Shown here piece after piece: positions 61,200 through 64,000 of a DNA stretch of 64,000 bases (position 1 is the first letter of the stretch; each line of letters opens with the position of its first letter). The notes under the pieces were generated by a model. The model worked only from the letters and a program-made list of their open reading frames with translations, ran no database searches and was not told the DNA's origin. The stretch lies in NCBI RefSeq assembly GCF_004010195.1, contig NC_057753.1:15013345-15077344 (forward strand), written 5' to 3'. This DNA is from Chiloscyllium plagiosum. Taxonomy: Eukaryota. The translations under genes and the position numbers were made by a program.

Positions 61200-63590
61200 A
61201 CGGGCTGGTGTGACTGAAAGAACATGGTTTCAAGTGCTTCCCCTTCCCCTGGCATGCTCCTAGTTGATGTCCAAGCAGTAGGAAACAAAGCAGAAGAACT
61301 CAGCCGTGACTTACTTTACAGTGGGAGCTGTAAGACTGGTCTGTTTTATAGAGAAATGCCTGTCTCCTGCAGTACCTGACTGTACCCTGCAGGCTGATAG
61401 CTTCTCCATACACTACATGGAAGGCACAAATTCTTGCGTAAGGTGAAGGGATCTGCCTCCTAACCAACACATCCTGGTGTTCAGATGTGCTTATCCTGCC
61501 GAGTTACTGCTCACCAGAGCCAGAATATCTCACCGTGAAATGCCATCCTTACAACGAGCTGCGCAGGTTCACCTCCACCATTCTGACAAGTCTTCGTAGC
61601 ATCCCAGGCAGAGGTAGACAACGCCCTGGATGAAATTTACCCCACTACCAGCACTTCAGAAACAAAACTCCACACGAACTTATTGTGCCAGGCGATTTCA
61701 AACAGGCCAAACTCAAGAGGCTTTCACCAACTAATACCAACGGTGGTATCTGCTGCCCCACCAAAGGACCGAACACACTTGACCACTGCTACTTAAGCAG
61801 CGACGAAGCCTACCGCTCTACAGCCCATCCAAAATTTGGGAAAGCAGATCAAGGCACTGTGTCCTCCTCCCACCTCACCAGCTGAAGCTGGAACGAGAGA
61901 ACCCATTACAGAAAGTAGTATAGTGCTGGTCTGAGACAGCAGAAGAACGCCCCCCAGAACAAGTTCGAATCGGTAGACTACAGCCATATTTAAGAACTCA
62001 ATGAATAACTGCGACGACTACATTATCACCATCATGAACAATTTCATCGAGGACTGTTCCCAATAATACTCCTTGGAAGATCCGGAAAATATACTTCCTA
62101 CTCAAGGCCAGGCATGTTTCCTTCCTCAGCATCTGCCTCAGCACTGCACACTTAAATTGTCCTAACTGTCCATCTTCCTCCCAACCTATCTGCTGCACCG
62201 CTGGTTCTGACCTTTCCCCATCAACCCCCACCTGCTCCGAACTAATTCCTTCCCAGCTACCTTCACCCCACATCTACAACCGTACTCGTATTTATCATTT
62301 ACCCCCTTTCCAACACCCTCTACATTCCTGACGAAGGGCTTATACCCGGGTATGTCTACGTTTTGGTCCTCAGATGCTGTTTGACGAGCTGTGCTTTTCC
62401 AGCGCCACACTTTTGGACTCTAACACTCCAGCGTCTTCGATCCTCACTTTCTCAATGCGGGATTCACGTCCGACGACATGAACCCTGACAGGAAAACTGA
62501 AGATATGACCTCTGCAAGACGAACAAAGATGCCAGAGGTAGCACCGGACTGAGGTAGGGGCCCAGATTGTCCACATGGACACACGCCATTTGTGGCAAGA
62601 CCCGTGCGACATGACAGTAGACAAAATTTGGCAGAACACAGTAGCAGACAGAAACACATCTCACTCTGATGCGCCCAAAGTTTTTGATGCTCATTTTGAG
62701 TAGAATTCCAGCCCCAAAAGCCCTGGATGCAGCTGTTCCCTCAGTGACGCTTTTAGACGTCAGACTGGCTTCCTTTGGAGTAAACCCAAGGAAAGTGACT
62801 GGCCCAGACGGAGTTCCTGGCATCCTCACCTTGCTAAAATCTGAAGACCCCAACATTTTCAAGGAGAGCTGCCAATATCCTGGTACCTCAGAAAACACAT
62901 GCAACGTGCCTCAGCGACTCCTGCCCGCTGGCTCGGACCTCCATAATCATGACGTATTTTGAGAGGTTGGTCAGGGCCATGTCACCTCCACTTTCCTGCC
63001 TGCCTCCATCTCCTGCAATTTGCCTGGTGGCAAAACAGGTCCACAGCAGTCGCCATTGCTGTGACCCTACATTCATCCCTGAAACCGTCTCGACATTAAA
63101 GAAACCTACATCAGGCTCCTGCTCATCGACTGCAGCTCTGCCCTTAACAATTACTTCCCAAGCAAACTCATCTCAAAACTCCGAAAAACTAGGCCACGGC
63201 TCTCAACCACCACCACCCCCACAACTCTGCACCCAGGTCTTGGCACCACCCTCTGCAACTGGATCCTTAGCTTTGTGATCCACAGACTGCAATCCATAAA
63301 CACAGGCAACAACACCTTCACCGCCTTCATCCTCAGCACCGGTGCCCCACAAGGATGCGTACTGAGCCTCCTACTCTCCGCCCTGTGCACTCACGACCGT
63401 TTGGCCAAATTTCATCTGGACAACATCGACAAGTTCACTGACGACACCACCATTAGAGGCCCAGATATCACACAACGATGAGACGGAAAGCAGGAAGGAG
63501 AGAGATGGCTTCGTGCAATGATAACAACCTGTCTCTTAACGTCAGCAAAACAAAATAACTGATCATCGACCTCAGGAAGAAAGGAGACAG
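61200..63590 (+). mobile_element. Rex1/Babar-type LINE (endonuclease + RT), decayed, with a nested Penelope-like fragment at about 62065-62450
   Basis: GDFKQAKLK..CPTKGPNTLDHCY..FGKAD (APE endonuclease); NPRKVTGPDGVPG; STGAPQGCVLSLLLSALCTHD..KFTDDTTI (RT). Confidence 0.85.
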
Positions 63591-63699
63591 TCTCTGGTGA
63601 AATTAAATGTCGTCGACGTTTTTGAGGAGAAACCTGTTTTTCACAGGTGGGAGTCATTTAAAGGTCAATTGATCAGAATTTGGGATCAACATTGAAACA

Positions 63700-64000
63700 T
63701 GGTGTTGTACATCACGGGAACAGGCTCTTTGATCTACTCCCAAACTCAACGAGCCCCACATGTCTGCATTGGAGCCTATCCCTCTGAACCGGTCCTACTC
63801 ATATAACTATCCAAATGTATTTTCAATTTTGTAACAGTACCTGCATCGACATATTCCTGTGAGGCTGACAGTTCAGGATGGCAAGATTTACAAATTGCAA
63901 ATGACAAGCGATATCGAAAGTTTAGTCAGAACTAGAAAAGGAAACACGTGTTTAGATAACTGAAATTGAACAAGACCCCTGAGGGGTCGAAAGGAAGCAA
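63700..64000 (+). mobile_element. Inverted CR1 3' end fused to a CR1 ORF2 fragment (paralog of 20480-20710)
   Basis: TACCTGCATC..TTCCTGTGAG..CAGGATG..ATCGAAAGTTTAGT..TGAGGGGT matches 20549-20710. Confidence 0.75.

Overview
Vertebrate genomic DNA, almost certainly from a cartilaginous fish, inferred from HE1/V-SINE copies with (TCTAA)n tails, HER1/CR1 LINEs and a GPR139-like receptor pseudogene. The window holds two + strand paralogs of a multi-exon type I membrane receptor built from group B SRCR (scavenger receptor cysteine-rich) domains, in the CD163/WC1/SCART-like class. Gene A is 5'-truncated by the window edge (142..~12.9 kb): 4 SRCR exons, linker, stalk, TM and cytoplasmic exons. Gene B looks complete (ATG 30007..~55.7 kb): signal peptide, 7 SRCR exons, linker, stalk, TM and tyrosine-motif tail, about 945 aa. 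I assembled the exons by hand from AG/GT sites; all coding junctions are phase 1 and in frame. The genes sit in ~43.5-kb tandem segmental duplication units whose homology continues to the window end, which predicts further copies. Both receptors keep a Glu in the TM helix but differ in their cytoplasmic tyrosine motifs. The rest is transposon debris (HE1 SINEs, CR1, Rex1/Babar, a Gypsy pol fragment, a solo LTR, and Penelope-like elements carrying minimal hammerhead-ribozyme cores) plus a rearranged GPR139-like pseudogene. Most short ORFs in the track are spurious. Repeat boundaries are approximate.
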